Shown: positions 19,966 through 30,336, numbered from the stretch's first letter. The stretch: 64,000 nt of DNA from an uncultured cyanobacterium (GCA_963740315.1 CAVUDP010000002.1:1504001-1568000); one strand, 5' to 3'. Numbers and translations are program-made. Notes: a model not told the origin generated them from the letters alone.

Positions 19966-20196
19966 TCAATACCACCAACATCTAACTAATGCAGACATGG
20001 TTGCCCGTCTTACTACTCCATCAGCCGTCATAGCATTATTTCTCTGAAACTTGATCACGGCATTCTTAGTTCTTTCATCAAAAACGCCATTGCTTCTACA
20101 AGAGTAAACACCAACAGTCTTTAAACACTCTTGCAAATTAACTACAGCATCTCCAGTTGAGCCTTGTTGAAGTGTCATAAAAGTATTCTTAGCCAT
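19966..20196 (-). CDS. Stand-alone peptidoglycan-binding domain (PG_binding_1) protein
   Basis: 'LQQGSTGDAVVNLQ..L...G...NGVFD..T..AV..FQ......DGVV...T'; RBS AAGGAG. Confidence 0.85.
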   Translation of the reverse strand: MAKNTFMTLQQGSTGDAVVNLQECLKTVGVYSCRSNGVFDERTKNAVIKFQRNNAMTADGVVRRATMSALVRCWWY

Positions 20197-20300
20197 GATA
20201 TTCTCTCCTTAGTGACAATTACTTAATTTAAATTCTGCGAGCGCATTTATCAAAAAAAAATGCCTGCAAATCAATCAATCTTTATAGATTGAAACATTTG

Positions 20301-20573
20301 TTAATAGTTCAAAAGTTCTCTGAGCGAAGCATGAATCAAAGAAATTTTTCTTGTAGAGTGAGTAGGATAAGTTAAAAGCTTTATCTTTGAGACAACATAG
20401 GGATGAGTCGCTATTTTGGGGTTTATAGTCAAATTTAGCTTACATCTTGTACCAATCTCAACAAGCCAGAAGAAACCCAGTAACACTCGTAAAAACATGA
20501 TTTTTATGCGTAAAGATCGAGAAACCGAGTTTCTAGTACTGATGTAAGATACCAGATTTACCTCACTTGACAT
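20301..20573 (-). CDS. Hypothetical protein
   Basis: 90-aa ORF directly downstream of the DUF4278 gene; no recognisable motif. Confidence 0.3.
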   Translation of the reverse strand: MSSEVNLVSYISTRNSVSRSLRIKIMFLRVLLGFFWLVEIGTRCKLNLTINPKIATHPYVVSKIKLLTYPTHSTRKISLIHASLRELLNY

Positions 20574-20627
20574 AGTTTTATTTTCTTGGTGCTTGCCTCG
20601 ACTCGATCCAATTTCAGATTTACTGGT

Positions 20628-20804
20628 TTAATTTGTATATGAGACACCGCGATACTTGAGATTTTTAGGCGATCGCTTATTTTGAGAAATAGGGCGATGA
20701 ACACAATAAGGTATGCCGCGATAGATTGCAAATACATTGGTTTCTGAAGTTTCCAACTCAGAATTATTTCGTTCGTAAAATAAACCGCGATAAGTTAGTT
20801 TCAT
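20628..20804 (-). CDS. DUF4278 family small protein (not in the ORF track)
   Basis: MKLTYRGLFYERNNSELEVSETNVFAIYRGIPYCVHRPISQNKRSPKNLKYRGVSYTN*; three YRG motifs; RBS GAGGA; paralog at 30539-30721. Confidence 0.85.
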   Translation of the reverse strand: MKLTYRGLFYERNNSELETSETNVFAIYRGIPYCVHRPISQNKRSPKNLKYRGVSYTN

Positions 20805-21448
20805 TTTTCAATCCTCAATCAAAATGTTAGTTTTCTAGTTAGTTTATGTTTTGTTATTGATTTCAAACAAGAGCAACATCAATATAGGATTTACGACTTT
20901 TAAACACCATACAGAAAAGTGAGGGAGTTATCGGATAGCGATTTGACTTAATTTTCGCGAAATATGGTGAATGGAGAACAAGCAATGGGTAAGAGGTGGT
21001 AACTTACGAACATGAATGTTGTCTCCTATATTTTCTAATAGGGTAATTAATCTAAACTTATGCAGTTTGAAAAAAACTCGGATAATCGAACAAAATATTC
21101 CCTTCAGCTTCATTTGAGAACCAGCCCTATAAGCGTTTCCTACTCCCTACTCAAACAAAATGTTTAATTAATCGAGGCACAAGTACTTATAAGGAGTATC
21201 TATTGCGTGCAGCAATTTGATGTTTTTCTCAGTTAAAATACTGTTTTTTAACCTTGGGAGTAATATAAAATACTTAAAATATACAGAACTTACGCGATTG
21301 TCACAAGACTTGGGTGGTGCGTGACATAATTTTCTTGTTACTACGTTGATAATCGGTCAAAGTGTCACAGCACCCTACAAAAAAAATATGCCAGTTGCGT
21401 AAGTCATAATATAGAGAAAATAAAATGAACTTACCGCAATGAGGTTGT

Positions 21449-22084
21449 ATGGACGAACTCGTAAAAAAAATAGCTGGATTAGGATTACCCGGAATTATTT
21501 TAATCGCAGTCATGGCAAGCACTGGTTTAACGGGTGCTGCTGCGATTACTGCTGCTTTAGCTTTTTTAGGTGGCCCTGCGGGGATGTTAGGAGGTATCGC
21601 GGTATTAGGATTAACAGGTTTGATTGCAGATGCTTTAACAAACGTCGGTTTAGAAGAGTTACTTACGGCAGTTTACTGTGAAAGAAGACAGTTAGAACCC
21701 CAAGGTAAACTATTAGAAGAAATCAATTCTTTATCGTTATTTGATGGGGATTTAAAAGAAAGACTCAAATTTACAGTCACAGATGGATGTGGTTGTACAA
21801 CCGTAGTCAGCAAAAATATAACAGATGATAGCGAAGAAATTATCGAGATATTAGAAAACGTACCGGGAATAACTCGCGCTCACCATCGAGATTTTAAAAG
21901 TTCTAATCCTGTAATTCGGTTGAGAGATGGTTCAACTGTGAAAACTTGGAAAAATCCCTTTGGTGTTGACCATGTTTTTATTGCCGATCGCAATGACAAT
22001 ATGATTTACGGTGGTTTTGTAGGTTGGATTCATAGCGACGGATTGAATGCAGCGATCGATCGGATTCGACTGGATTATGTGTGA
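21449..22084 (+). CDS. Hypothetical protein with a Gly/Ala-rich hydrophobic N-terminus and a soluble C-terminal domain
   Basis: RBS GAGG; 'GLTGAAAITAALAFLGGPAGMLGGIAVLG' glycine-zipper-like segment. Confidence 0.75.
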   Translation: MDELVKKIAGLGLPGIILIAVMASTGLTGAAAITAALAFLGGPAGMLGGIAVLGLTGLIADALTNVGLEELLTAVYCERRQLEPQGKLLEEINSLSLFDGDLKERLKFTVTDGCGCTTVVSKNITDDSEEIIEILENVPGITRAHHRDFKSSNPVIRLRDGSTVKTWKNPFGVDHVFIADRNDNMIYGGFVGWIHSDGLNAAIDRIRLDYV

Positions 22085-22204
22085 TTTTCTATGATTTTTG
22101 TGGTTGATTAAGAAGTTACTTGGAAGTTTGCCGAAAGTGGGAAACTAGAAGAGTTTAGGGCAAGGTAAAAGCGATAATAGAAGAGAAATTATGTGGTTTA
22201 GGTC

Positions 22205-22495
22205 ATGGGAATCCAGGAATTATTACTACCATTTAGAGAAGAGATATTAAGAATTGCTACTAAATACGGCGCGTATAATGTGCGGGTATTTGGATCGGTG
22301 GCTAGAGGAGAAGCAAAGCCCGATAGTGATGTTGATTTCTTAGTAGAACTTGAGCCAAAGCGTAGCTTATTCGATTATATTGCTCTAATCCAAGATTTGG
22401 AAAAATTATTAAATCGTAAAGTTGATGTCGCAGAACCAGGTAATCTTCATGATTTAATTAGAGAAAAAGTCTTGAATGAATCTGTAATCTTATGA
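22205..22495 (+). CDS. MNT-type nucleotidyltransferase antitoxin
   Basis: 'FGSVARGE...SDVDFLV' (GS-x10-DxD). Confidence 0.92.
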   Translation: MGIQELLLPFREEILRIATKYGAYNVRVFGSVARGEAKPDSDVDFLVELEPKRSLFDYIALIQDLEKLLNRKVDVAEPGNLHDLIREKVLNESVIL

Positions 22496-22833
22496 AGGAT
22501 GAGCGTTTGTATTTGAGCAATATTAAAGAATGTATTGAGCGCATTCAAGAATATACTCGTGTAGGGAGGGAGGATTTCATGAAAACACCGATGATTCAAG
22601 ATGCAGTGATTCGCAATTTTGAAATTATCGGTGAAGCTACAAAAAGATTATCTCCTGAATTGAGAAGTATATATGCAGATGTTCCTTGGCAACAAATGGC
22701 AGGTTTAAGAGATGTATTGATTCATGATTATTTGAAGGTAAATCTTAATTTAATTTGGGAAATTATCGAGCAAAATTTATCCGATCTGCAAGAACAAGTT
22801 GAATCGATTTTACAAAATTTGGGTGAGGGTTAA
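22492..22833 (+). CDS. HepT-like HEPN ribonuclease toxin (DUF86)
   Basis: 'DAVIRNFEIIGEA', 'GLRDVLIHDY' (Rx4HxY); ATGA overlap with the MNT gene. Confidence 0.92.
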   Translation: MKDERLYLSNIKECIERIQEYTRVGREDFMKTPMIQDAVIRNFEIIGEATKRLSPELRSIYADVPWQQMAGLRDVLIHDYLKVNLNLIWEIIEQNLSDLQEQVESILQNLGEG

Positions 22834-23470
22834 TTACCTGCGAGCATCAAGCAAGTCTTAGTTGTCTCGAAGAATTTAGTCAAAGCGAAATATACACCCT
22901 CAAAATACCTACAGCAAGCATAACCGACTACGCATTAACTCTAGAATTAACCGTAGTTGAAAACAGAAAGCAATTTTGTCAAATCCATAACAATAAAGCG
23001 AAATAAAAAAGTAACATTAATATCATCAATGTCACTTTACCTTTGCAAAAATAGAATTTAGTTTAAATAACAAAAAAAACTTTATTTTCTAATATTATGA
23101 ATTTTATTTAGTCAACAAAGCTATTTAGAATAGACAACTTCTTTCAAGCGATCGCTTTGATATGAAAATCGGCTTAAATACCTATTGCTGCTAAACTTTT
23201 ACTAAAGAATATTTCTTTAGTTAGATGATAAACATCAAAGTTATCTAGCATAATCAATTCTAGTTAAATCATTTCTAGTTTTATTGATTTAAATCTCGTT
23301 CCAACCCTTTTAAAGATTGGAACCTAATTCCTAATCGTTATCAATTAAACGCCTGTTGTATATGCTCTTAACTGCGCTATTTGAGCTATAAAACCATCAT
23401 ATCTATATCTGAATTTCAACACTGCTTCTTTAACTACATTTAAACGCGACATAAATATTATTTAATTAAA

Positions 23471-25621
23471 ATGAATCTACAAAACCTGGAAACTAATTTA
23501 CAAATGAATAATCATTCTGCATCTCACCATTCATTACATAAGGATATTCTTTCTACGGACCATCATCTCGAAGGAAATCTAAAAAACCCTTCATTAACTG
23601 GTTCTTCTCAATCCGATCCTCTTAATTTTGAACAAGTTACAAGTGACGTTCCCGATCGAATTTCAATTTCTCAGTTTGCGGATCTCGAATCAAATAATCT
23701 TCAATCGGAAGCAGATTTCAATGAAAATCCTATTTCTGTAGAGTTTGTTGATGGAGAAATTCACAAACAAATAAGCATTCCTGTCTTTAACAATGATTTA
23801 GATCGATCGAGCGAGACGGTTGATTTATCCCATCGATTTACAGATGGCGCGATCGCAAATGAAAATACTGCGGTTAAGGTTGCCCAAACATTGCCTCAAT
23901 CTAATCTTAAATATGAAGATACAGTAGCGGCTACCAATGTAAATAATCTTGAAATAAACATCCAATCTGTAGGTAATGATGCTGCTCATGTAAATGACAT
24001 TTCACTTAATAAGCTTGAGGGAAATCAGTACGTTAATAATGAAGCTGCATCTGATGGAACTATTAGCAATCAAAGCATATTGCAAACACAGAGTTTTGAT
24101 GCAACATTCAATGCTCAAGATTCGAGCGAGTATTTAGATCCGAGTGTTTTACCAGTTCAAGGCACTGTAACGGGTGGAAGCGTAGAAGGAATTTTACTCA
24201 ATTCAGAAATAGAAAACAATCCCACCATCCGTAACGTAGGTTTCAGAGAATTTAATAATCCCACCGACGCTCAACAAACTTGGGTTCTCGTTCACGGTTG
24301 GAACGATACACCCGATGGAAGATTTACAGAATTAGCACAAGAAATAGAGAAGGCACATAGTGGCGATCGCGTTCTGTTATTAGACTGGAGAGAAGCAGCT
24401 TTTAACAGTACGGAAACGTTAGGAATTGAGAACGGAGCTTTGGGTAAGGGTAATTTCCGCGCAGCTAGTTGGATTAATCCGGTTGCAGAATTCGCAGTCG
24501 AAGCATTAAACGATTATTACGGAATAGACAGTCTGGGAGCTTCACAAAGTTTAAACTTAATCGGTCACAGTCTCGGTTCTCTGGTAAGCGCGGAAATCGG
24601 AAGACTTTATCGAGATGGATTGACTGTAGATAACGAAACTGTAGTCACGGGTAACAACGAAGGTGCTAGAACAATCACCGCTCTCGATCCTCCATCAGCA
24701 AGAAATGTCGATGACAATCCATTTACCGTCGATCCGATTAAAGATATCTATGATGTAGATGGCAGAATCGAAGGTGTTCAAGTTGCTACACAATACGCTG
24801 ATGCGTCGGTATTTTCCAGAGCATTTGTAGGAGAAAAAAGCATTGCGGGAAATAAACAATTAGCTCTTGGTGCCGACGAAGCCTTTGAAATGACTTTCGG
24901 AACCGAATCTGAATTCACCGATTTTGGTAGGGAACACGATAGAGTAGTTCGTGCTTTCACAAATACGATTAACCAACAGGGTATACTCGGAGATTTACTC
25001 GGTATCGGGGCTTATCAATCACTCGAAACAATGCCCATCGATGATTTAGGAGAGCTACAAATCCTTGAAGGAAACAATAAAGGTTTCAAAGGAATCATTG
25101 ATGTTAACAAAGATAACCTAGTAACTTCATTAGCTGGAATATTAAAAGCAGGTAATCACGACGATATAGTTATCGGTAGTTCTGGGAACCAAGAAATGAA
25201 CGGTAGCGACTTGTTTGATTTTGGTGAAAATAGTTCTTATGGGGATAGTAATGATATTTTCTTCGGTGAATCCGGTAACGATATGATTATCGGCAATAAG
25301 TACAATGACATTCTGATCGGTGGTATTGGTAGAGATATTCTCAATGGTGGTTCCGGAATAGATACATTTATTTTTAAACCCGGTGACGGTGGTGCTACAG
25401 AATCTGATGCCGATGTAATTGAAGATTTCCAAATTGGTATTGATAAAATTGGTCTGACAGACATTAATTTTGACCAATTAACTTTTGTGCAATCATCCGA
25501 TGGAACCGCGATCGTGGCTGGCTCGGAAGTTATGGCATTGCTCAAAAATACTAAAGTAGAAGAAATTCAAAATCCTGAATACTTTGTAAGTGTGGCTGAA
25601 AATCAATTTAGAGTTAGTTAA
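23471..25621 (+). CDS. Secreted alpha/beta-hydrolase (lipase-like) with degenerate Calx-beta and C-terminal RTX Ca-binding repeats
   Basis: 'VHGWND', 'GHSLG', 'ITALDPP', 'GESGNDMIIG..NDILIGGIGRDILNGGSGIDTF', 'DVIEDFQIGIDKIGL'. Confidence 0.85.
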   Translation: MNLQNLETNLQMNNHSASHHSLHKDILSTDHHLEGNLKNPSLTGSSQSDPLNFEQVTSDVPDRISISQFADLESNNLQSEADFNENPISVEFVDGEIHKQISIPVFNNDLDRSSETVDLSHRFTDGAIANENTAVKVAQTLPQSNLKYEDTVAATNVNNLEINIQSVGNDAAHVNDISLNKLEGNQYVNNEAASDGTISNQSILQTQSFDATFNAQDSSEYLDPSVLPVQGTVTGGSVEGILLNSEIENNPTIRNVGFREFNNPTDAQQTWVLVHGWNDTPDGRFTELAQEIEKAHSGDRVLLLDWREAAFNSTETLGIENGALGKGNFRAASWINPVAEFAVEALNDYYGIDSLGASQSLNLIGHSLGSLVSAEIGRLYRDGLTVDNETVVTGNNEGARTITALDPPSARNVDDNPFTVDPIKDIYDVDGRIEGVQVATQYADASVFSRAFVGEKSIAGNKQLALGADEAFEMTFGTESEFTDFGREHDRVVRAFTNTINQQGILGDLLGIGAYQSLETMPIDDLGELQILEGNNKGFKGIIDVNKDNLVTSLAGILKAGNHDDIVIGSSGNQEMNGSDLFDFGENSSYGDSNDIFFGESGNDMIIGNKYNDILIGGIGRDILNGGSGIDTFIFKPGDGGATESDADVIEDFQIGIDKIGLTDINFDQLTFVQSSDGTAIVAGSEVMALLKNTKVEEIQNPEYFVSVAENQFRVS

Positions 25622-25650
25622 CTTCAAAGCATATTCTGAAAATTTTATGT

Positions 25651-25678
25651 AGCTCACTGTTAAATATTGCAGTGGGCT
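25651..25678 (+). terminator. Probable intrinsic terminator
   Basis: AGCTCACTG...CAGTGGGCT hairpin followed by ATTTT, 30 bp after the stop. Confidence 0.55.
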
Positions 25679-26130
25679 ATTTATCTTGTAAGCAAATAAT
25701 TAAAGTCCGATTTACAACCTCGATCGCAGTTATTTTTACGTAATCTTTAAATTAATTGTCGCACAAATCACTATATTTACTAAAATCAATAAGTAACATT
25801 AGTATAATTAAGGTCATTAAATTTTAGATTTTGCAGAAAGTTTAGGAAGAGAAGTTGCCTGCCGGGGTTCCCCATTGAGCAGCCAAGAGCTTGTAAGTAC
25901 TTGCATATAAAATCTAAATCTAAAACTTGTGCTGAGCAGTTCGACGTAGCTCACTGTAAGACTTGCCGAAGTATCTAAAATAAAATAAGCTACACGAAGC
26001 ATTTTCACATTTGATTCTGAATTTTGTGCTACGTCTAATAGGATATCTCAATTTTAGATTTTTATATTAATCCAAAATCTAAAATTTAGAATCAAAAATC
26101 GAATGACGTACATATTATTTAATTAATACG

Positions 26131-29100
26131 ATGGATAATTTAGAAAATCCCATAACAAGTTTTGACAATATCGACCTTTTTACAATTGATAACTCATTAA
26201 ATCCAGATATTCTATCGGTTGATGATAATCCTTCAGGAAGTTTTCAAGATCCTATTTTAACTGAATCTTCTCAAATAACTCCTCTACCGCAAGCTGCTTT
26301 AAGTTCAAATTCAAGTTTAGAAAATGGTGTATTTACTGTCGATTCGACGGGTGAATTTACCATTGATTTCTTATTTGATGCAGGTGGTTATCAAAGCGAA
26401 TTGGGAATTTTCAATCTTACGGGAATGGAAAGTTTAAATCCCGGTTCCGATGAATTTATTCAAGAAGCTGCTCGTCGTGTTTTGAGTAATTCAACGAACG
26501 GTTATATTGTCGTAAATGATGATTCTGAGGGTGCTAAATTTACGGGAGAATTGGGAGAAACAAATAGGAATGAAGGGGATTACGAGGGAGTTAAAACCTT
26601 TAGTATGAATCCAGGGGATAACTTTGCTTTGATGTTAGTTCCCCAAGGTAATATTCAAGAAGTGTTGGATAATCCAGCAGTAGATGATGATAAGCGTCCT
26701 TTATTTTCCTTTAGTTTAGCTAATCCCGACAACGCAATTCAAATAATGCAGTTGGTGGAGGGAACGGGTGTATTTGGAATGGAGGATTTACGCTTAGATA
26801 AAAATTCCGATACCGATTACAACGATATTATTTTTCAAATTAAAGGTGCAGCCGGAAAAGCCACTGCTTTTGAAGAAGTAAGTTCTAATAATTGGGATGA
26901 AACTGAAGCAGGAAAACAGTTAATTGAATTTGCTCAAAATAATAATATTGATGCTGCGAGTGAGAATTCCGGTAAATTAGAGTTTGAACTCGCTGAATTT
27001 AATACTTTTGAATCGGGAATCCCTACTTTATCAGCTAAGGTGATTCGTACCGAGGGAGATTTAGGAAACGTTAGCGCCACAGTTAATTTAACAAACGGTA
27101 CTGCTACAGGTGGCGAAGATTTTGATAATACTCCGATTGTGCTTAATTTCAAAGATGGAGAAATCGAGAAAAATGTAACTATTCCTATCTTTAGCGATGA
27201 TTTAAAAGAAGGTAGCGAAACTGTTAATTTATCTTTAGCAAACTTGACTGGTGGTGCAGTTTTAGGAAATCAAAATACTGCTATTCTTAATATTGGTGAT
27301 GAAGATACAAGCAATATTATTTCTCAAAGTAGCAGCGAAGATTCTGCATTATCTTTAGATACGGTAAACGTCTTTTTGAAGCCAGAAGAAGAGTTAAATT
27401 TTGAGCTTACTGTTACAGTACCCGAAGTATCCGCTGCTAATATCTCCTCACCAACTCCTCAAAATGCAAGCAATCAAGTAAATATTACTTCTGTCGGTGA
27501 TGATGCTGGTTACATCAAAGAGATTACACCAACCAAAGTAGAAGGAAACAGTACTACATATAACGTCAAACTTGCTTCCGATGGTACTGGTGGTAATCAA
27601 ACCATGAGCTTGCAAGCAGGGGATTATGGAAGTACAACAATTAATGCGATCGCAGGTGTAAACGATCCTTCTACTCTTCCACCAAATCCCCTAGAAGGTA
27701 CTTTACCAGTTCAAGGATTTGTCACGGGGGGAAGTGAAGAAGGGGTTTTATTTAACCAACAGGTAGAAAATAATCCCAGCCTGCGTAAAGTCGGCTTTTT
27801 AGAAGTTAACAATCCTGACGAAGCAGAACAAACCTGGTTGATAATCCACGGTTGGAATGACGCTCCCGAAGGAAAAATTGCCGACGTAGCACAAGAAATA
27901 GCTAATACAAAACCAGGCGATCGCGTTTTATTATTAGACTGGAGAGAAGCAGCTTACAACAACTCGGAAAGTTTGGGAGTTCAATTCGGTGTTCCCGGTA
28001 GAGGAAATTTCCGAGCAGCGACTTGGATTAGCCCGGTTGCAGAATTTGCAGTCAAAGCTTTAAATCAATTTTACGGAATTAACACTCAAGAAGCTTCCCA
28101 AAGTTTGAACTTAATCGGGCACAGTTTGGGTTCTTTGGTAAATGCTGAAATGGGAAGAATTTACAGAGACGGACTTTTATTAGAAGATAATACATTTTTA
28201 GCGGGTAATACTCAAGGTGCGAGAACAATTACCGCTTTAGATCCACCAAGCGCAAGAAATCGCGACGAAAACCCATTTGGTAACGATCCAAATGAGGATA
28301 TCTACGACGTTGATGGCAGAATAGAAGGTACTCAAGCACCCGAAAAATTCGCCGATGTTTCGGTATTTTCCAGAGCATTTGTAGGAGAAAAAAGCATTGC
28401 CGGAAATCCAAGATTAGCCGTTACTGCGGATGAAGCTTTTCAAATGGATTTCGGAACAATATCCGAATTTGCTACCGATTTTGGCAGCGAACACGGTAGA
28501 GTAGTTAGAGCTTTTACTAATACAGTTAACCAACCAGGCTTAATCGGCGATTTACTCGGTATTAGGGCTTATGATTCCATAGAAAAATTACCCATCGAAG
28601 ATTTTGACGAGTTAAGAATTCGTCGAGAAGACAACGGAGCTTATCACGGAATTATCGACGTTAATAAAGATAACATTGCAACTTTATTAATAGGAAAAGC
28701 AAAAACCGGCAACAAAGACGATATAGTTATCGGTAGTTTTGTAAATCAAGAAATTAACGGCGCTGAATTCTTAAGTTTTGGTGGAGATGGACGTTATACC
28801 GGAGATGGAAACGATTTATTCTTCGGTGAATCTGGTAACGATACTCTTATCGGTAATGACGACGACGATATTCTTTTTGGTGGAAAAGGTAAAGATAAAT
28901 TAGACGGTGGCTCTGGAAAAGACACTTTTATTTTGCAACTTGGTGACGGTGGTACTAATAAAGATAATGCCGATACAATTGAAGATTTTAAAATCGGAAC
29001 CGATAAAATTGGTTTAATAAATCTTGATTATGGACAATTAACCTTCCAAGAATTCCGTAGTGGATTATTCCGTCGTAATAGAGATACAGCTATCATTGCT

Positions 29101-29202
29101 AACTCCGAATTTTTAGCATTAGTTGAAGATACCAAAATAGAAGAAATTCGCAAGCCGGAATATTTTGTAGCTGTAGATGAAGAGGAATTGAGAATTGGGT
29201 AA
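26131..29202 (+). CDS. Secreted lipase-like alpha/beta-hydrolase with DUF4114-like, Calx-beta and RTX repeats (paralog of 23471-25621)
   Basis: 'FGMEDLR...SDTDYNDIIF' (DUF4114-like), 'GTATGGEDF...F.DGE..K..IPI..D...EGSETVNLSL' (Calx-beta), 'IHGWND', 'GHSLG', 'LDPP', GGxGxD repeats. Confidence 0.87.
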   Translation: MDNLENPITSFDNIDLFTIDNSLNPDILSVDDNPSGSFQDPILTESSQITPLPQAALSSNSSLENGVFTVDSTGEFTIDFLFDAGGYQSELGIFNLTGMESLNPGSDEFIQEAARRVLSNSTNGYIVVNDDSEGAKFTGELGETNRNEGDYEGVKTFSMNPGDNFALMLVPQGNIQEVLDNPAVDDDKRPLFSFSLANPDNAIQIMQLVEGTGVFGMEDLRLDKNSDTDYNDIIFQIKGAAGKATAFEEVSSNNWDETEAGKQLIEFAQNNNIDAASENSGKLEFELAEFNTFESGIPTLSAKVIRTEGDLGNVSATVNLTNGTATGGEDFDNTPIVLNFKDGEIEKNVTIPIFSDDLKEGSETVNLSLANLTGGAVLGNQNTAILNIGDEDTSNIISQSSSEDSALSLDTVNVFLKPEEELNFELTVTVPEVSAANISSPTPQNASNQVNITSVGDDAGYIKEITPTKVEGNSTTYNVKLASDGTGGNQTMSLQAGDYGSTTINAIAGVNDPSTLPPNPLEGTLPVQGFVTGGSEEGVLFNQQVENNPSLRKVGFLEVNNPDEAEQTWLIIHGWNDAPEGKIADVAQEIANTKPGDRVLLLDWREAAYNNSESLGVQFGVPGRGNFRAATWISPVAEFAVKALNQFYGINTQEASQSLNLIGHSLGSLVNAEMGRIYRDGLLLEDNTFLAGNTQGARTITALDPPSARNRDENPFGNDPNEDIYDVDGRIEGTQAPEKFADVSVFSRAFVGEKSIAGNPRLAVTADEAFQMDFGTISEFATDFGSEHGRVVRAFTNTVNQPGLIGDLLGIRAYDSIEKLPIEDFDELRIRREDNGAYHGIIDVNKDNIATLLIGKAKTGNKDDIVIGSFVNQEINGAEFLSFGGDGRYTGDGNDLFFGESGNDTLIGNDDDDILFGGKGKDKLDGGSGKDTFILQLGDGGTNKDNADTIEDFKIGTDKIGLINLDYGQLTFQEFRSGLFRRNRDTAIIANSEFLALVEDTKIEEIRKPEYFVAVDEEELRIG

Positions 29203-29238
29203 TTGGTAATTGGTAATGGGTAAAACATATTTTCCCTT

Positions 29239-29428
29239 GTAGGTTGGGTTAGACACGAAAATTATTTTGATAAACACGAATAATTTATAATATCGTGTCG
29301 TAACCCAACATTAATATCTGGGATTAATCAAGATATTACTAAATACCCACAATCTAGGTGTTGGGTTACGACGCAATCTTAATTTCGGGTGAATAACTAT
29401 TATTCTTCGTGCGTCTAACCCAACCTAC
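29239..29428. repeat. ~190-bp REPIN/MITE-like element with terminal inverted repeats GTAGGTTGGGTTAGA...TCTAACCCAACCTAC
   Basis: Two nested palindromic units; direct, highly similar copy at 30145-30336. Confidence 0.9.
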
Positions 29429-29446
29429 TACTACAAACTAAAAATT

Positions 29447-30061
29447 TCACAAAGCAGAATCAAAAATTTGCTGTGCTGTAAGATTCAAGTCAGGAAATAA
29501 AGAAGACACTATTGCTTGATTACCTTGAAATTGAGTAGTTTGATATTCACCATCCACCAATTCGCAAATCGTGATAGTTTGTTGTTTGGGGTTGCCAATA
29601 AACCGTTTACCACCCAACGCGGCGTAATCTATAATCCAATATTCAGGGATACCCATTTCTTCGTAATCCCCAAATTTGTCGTGATAATCGTCTCGCCAGT
29701 TTGTACTTACAACCTCAACTACCAAAGGAATTGATTCAGCTTGAATAAGTGTAGATTGTTTCTTCCATAAAGGTTCATTGACGAGATTATCATGATTAAC
29801 CAACACAATATCTGGGGAATAGGTTGAATCATTGTCGGGAGTTTTAACAAGTCCAGTTTTGGGGATACGGTAAGGTAATCCTAAACGGACATATTGTATA
29901 GTAATTTTTTCAGCTAAAAAGCCGATAACATTTTCATGTTCGCCATTAGGTGGTGGCATTTCGACAATTACCCCTTTGTGTAATTCGTAGCGTATGCCGT
30001 TATCAGGATACCATTCAATGAATTCCTCAAAGCTTGTTAATTTGTTTATTGCTTGGGTCAT
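29447..30061 (-). CDS. Uma2 (DUF820) family putative endonuclease
   Basis: 'RYELHKGVIVEMPPP...HE', 'YSPDIV', 'LVVEVVSTNWRDDY..K...YE.MGIPEYWIID'. Confidence 0.92.
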   Translation of the reverse strand: MTQAINKLTSFEEFIEWYPDNGIRYELHKGVIVEMPPPNGEHENVIGFLAEKITIQYVRLGLPYRIPKTGLVKTPDNDSTYSPDIVLVNHDNLVNEPLWKKQSTLIQAESIPLVVEVVSTNWRDDYHDKFGDYEEMGIPEYWIIDYAALGGKRFIGNPKQQTITICELVDGEYQTTQFQGNQAIVSSLFPDLNLTAQQIFDSAL

Positions 30062-30144
30062 ACTATTTTAGATTTTAAGGCTTTGAAATAATGATATAAT
30101 TATTGCTTATTTTTCTCTAGGGATAAATCTTGCTAGCTAGTTTT

Positions 30145-30336
30145 GTAGGTTGGGTTAGATACGAAAACAAATTTGATAAACACGGATAATTGATCGTATC
30201 GTGTCGTAACCCAACATTAATATCTTGGATAAATCGAGATATTGCCAAATACCCACAATCTAGGTGTTGGGTTACAACGATCGCGATTAATTTCGGGTTA
30301 ATAACTATTATTTTTCGTGCGTCTAACCCAACCTAC
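30145..30336. repeat. ~190-bp REPIN/MITE-like element, second copy
   Basis: Same termini and same-orientation core (AAATACCCACAATCTAGGTG) as 29239-29428; a further half unit at ~30453-30521. Confidence 0.9.

Noticed and set aside
20805..21120. Glutamine riboswitch upstream of DUF4278, and the 61-aa ORF at 20928-21113
   Set aside because: No glnA-type consensus (CGTTCA...GGAAGTA...GAAGGAACG) visible by eye; the ORF has no recognisable features.
22860..22975. Possible TPR-gene remnant after the HEPN toxin (…ASITDYALTLEL…)
   Set aside because: Too short and degenerate to support.
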